From Microbacterium schleiferi (GTDB lineage: Bacteria; Actinomycetota; Actinomycetes; Actinomycetales; Microbacteriaceae), in assembly GCF_038150145.1 (NCBI RefSeq), contig NZ_JBBWSA010000013.1, forward strand, positions 27,957 through 51,956: DNA of 24,000 bases. Direction: 5' to 3'. Numbering within the stretch: the first letter of the stretch is position 1; every line of letters begins with the position of its first letter. This document shows positions 22,569 through 24,000 of this stretch, one piece after another. The notes under the pieces were generated by a model. The model saw nothing but the letters and a program-made list of their open reading frames with translations. It made no database searches and was not told the origin of the DNA. A program made the translations under genes and the position numbers.

Positions 22569-23382
22569 CGGAACCGTGCACGCTCACGATCACCACGATG
22601 ATGGTCACACGCACGAGCACTCGCACGAAGATCACGACCACGCGCATGATCACGTGCACGAAGACCACATCGGTGACCACTCCGGATACGAGACGGGCGC
22701 CGAGCGGATCGACGTGCTCGAGCGGATCTTCAGCGAGAACGATGCGGCGGCTGATCGCAACCGCCGGGCCCTGGATGCCGCATCCGTCGTCTCGATCAAC
22801 CTGATGTCATCTCCGGGCGCCGGCAAGACGACGCTGCTGGAACGGACGCTCGCGGAGTTGGAGGGGCGCGTGCGCGTCGGGATCGTGGAGGGCGACATCG
22901 AGACAGCCCTCGACGCCGATCGACTCGACGGCTACGGAGCGCAGATCTCGCTCTTGAACACCGGAAACGGCTTCGGCGGCGAGTGCCACCTTGACGCACC
23001 GATGGTCGACCGGGCTCTGCGTGGTCTCGAGCTCGAGGACCTCGACCTCGTCGTGATCGAGAACGTCGGCAACCTCGTGTGCCCCGCCGAGTTCGACACC
23101 GGGGCTCACTATCGCGCGATGGTCGCATCCGTCACCGAGGGCGAGGACAAGCCCCTGAAGTACCCGGTGATGTTCCGGTCGGTGGACGTGGTCGTCGTGA
23201 ACAAGACCGACCTGCTCCCCTACCTCGACTTCGACCTCGACCTGTTTCTCGCGAACGTCCGTGCCGTAAACCCCACAGCACGGATCATCCTCACAAGCGC
23301 GAAGGCAGGCGACGGCCTCGCCGACTGGTTCTCCTGGATCGCGGAGATCACGGCGCCGGCCACCGCTGCCGCCCGGGGCTGA
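22543..23382 (+). CDS. hypB: Hydrogenase nickel-incorporation GTPase HypB with a His-rich N-terminal region
   Basis: P-loop SSPGAGKTTLL, ENVGNLVCPA, NKTDLL. 17 His within residues 5-46. The ATG at 22543 is preceded by AAAAGGAAGGGAAG. Confidence 0.95.
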   Translation: MGRFHRHDDGTVHAHDHHDDGHTHEHSHEDHDHAHDHVHEDHIGDHSGYETGAERIDVLERIFSENDAAADRNRRALDAASVVSINLMSSPGAGKTTLLERTLAELEGRVRVGIVEGDIETALDADRLDGYGAQISLLNTGNGFGGECHLDAPMVDRALRGLELEDLDLVVIENVGNLVCPAEFDTGAHYRAMVASVTEGEDKPLKYPVMFRSVDVVVVNKTDLLPYLDFDLDLFLANVRAVNPTARIILTSAKAGDGLADWFSWIAEITAPATAAARG

Positions 23383-23398
23383 CCCGGGACGGGCGGCC

Positions 23399-24000
23399 TC
23401 AGGCGATCTCGCCGGCGGCGACGACCTCGGCAAGACCCGCGACGCGCGACAGGTGGTAGACCCCATACGCGTCTGCTTCACGGATGCGGCGCGCATCGGC
23501 ATCCGTCTGCACGTCGTGCGCGAGGGTTGCCGCGAGCATCCGCGCGTGCATCAGCCCACCGGCCACGAAACCCAGGAGCATGAGGTACGGGACACTGACG
23601 GCATATGCGTCGCGTGTCATCCCGAACGCGATCAGCTGGGCAGTCGCCTCTTCAGCGGATGCACGGGCACGTTCGAGTCGCGCCGCGGTGCGCGCGGCGA
23701 CCGGGTGGTCGAGGCTCTCCAGCGTGGCGACCGCTTCGGCGGTCTCGCCGAGGACGCGGCCGACTGTCGCGCCGCCATCACGGATGATCTTGCGGCCGAT
23801 CAGGTCGTTGGACTGGATGGCCGTGGTGCCCTCGTAGATCGGCATGATCCGGGCATCGCGGTAGTGCTGGGGCGCGCCGGACTCCTCGATGAAGCCCATA
23901 CCGCCGTGCACCTGGATCGCGTCGGACGTGATCCGCAGAGCCTCTTCGGTGGTCCACCCCTTGAAGATCGGGACGAACAGCTCGGCAAGACGGATGCTGT
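23399..24000 (-). CDS. Acyl-CoA dehydrogenase, C-terminal part. The frame stays open to the window edge, so the gene continues beyond 24000.
   Basis: ...AIQVHGGMGFIEESGAPQHYRDARIMPIYEGTTAIQSNDLIGRK is the canonical ACAD C-terminal domain motif, followed by a ~120-aa extension as in long FadE-type enzymes. I saw no stop in this frame between 23912 and 24000. Confidence 0.8.
   Translation of the reverse strand, partial: SIRLAELFVPIFKGWTTEEALRITSDAIQVHGGMGFIEESGAPQHYRDARIMPIYEGTTAIQSNDLIGRKIIRDGGATVGRVLGETAEAVATLESLDHPVAARTAARLERARASAEEATAQLIAFGMTRDAYAVSVPYLMLLGFVAGGLMHARMLAATLAHDVQTDADARRIREADAYGVYHLSRVAGLAEVVAAGEIA

Noticed and set aside
22555-22680. CAC/GAC-rich stretch as a DNA tandem repeat or microsatellite
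   Set aside because: There is no exact repeat unit. The periodicity comes from His/Asp codons within the hypB reading frame, so it is a protein-level feature.
1-24000. Mobile elements, CRISPR arrays, tRNA/rRNA genes, and prophage or defence-system genes
   Set aside because: On reading the window I noticed no terminal inverted repeats flanking transposase-like ORFs, no regularly spaced direct repeats, no cloverleaf-like or rRNA-like non-coding stretches, and no nuclease, ATPase or defence signatures. Nearly all sequence is accounted for by the metabolic and maturation genes listed.

Overview
High-GC (roughly 70%), actinobacterial-type chromosomal DNA, densely coding. I saw no rRNA/tRNA genes, CRISPR arrays or mobile elements. 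All calls rest on motif recognition in the ORF translations and on reading the DNA; no homology search was possible.

Layout, left to right:
1. 3' end of an FAD-dependent oxidoreductase gene.
2. A glyoxylate-shunt module: a RamB/ScfR-type regulator divergent from malate synthase A (aceB) and a long-form isocitrate lyase (aceA), ending in a strong bidirectional hairpin.
3. A metal-supply module: a Fur-family repressor with a His-rich N-terminus, divergent from a CbiM/NikM - PDGLE(NikN-like) - CbiQ - CbiO ECF Ni/Co importer. A perfect 7-1-7 palindrome lies in the shared promoter region.
4. A ~12.3 kb, 14-gene minus-strand unit (21000 down to 8705), tightly translationally coupled. It encodes a cytosolic [NiFe]-hydrogenase with no Tat signal. 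Gene order: DUF1641-like protein, small subunit, large subunit, endopeptidase, three uncharacterised accessory proteins, HypF, HypC paralog, HypC-like fusion protein, HypE, HypC, HypD, and a terminal unknown protein.
5. A divergent AraC-family regulator followed by hypA-hypB.
6. 3' part of an acyl-CoA dehydrogenase gene.

The best place to look for undescribed biology is the hydrogenase locus:
- Subunit sizes and motifs look more like Huc/cyanobacterial type (group 2a) than Hhy (1h).
- The small subunit has non-canonical proximal-cluster ligands.
- At least six co-translated genes have no assigned function.
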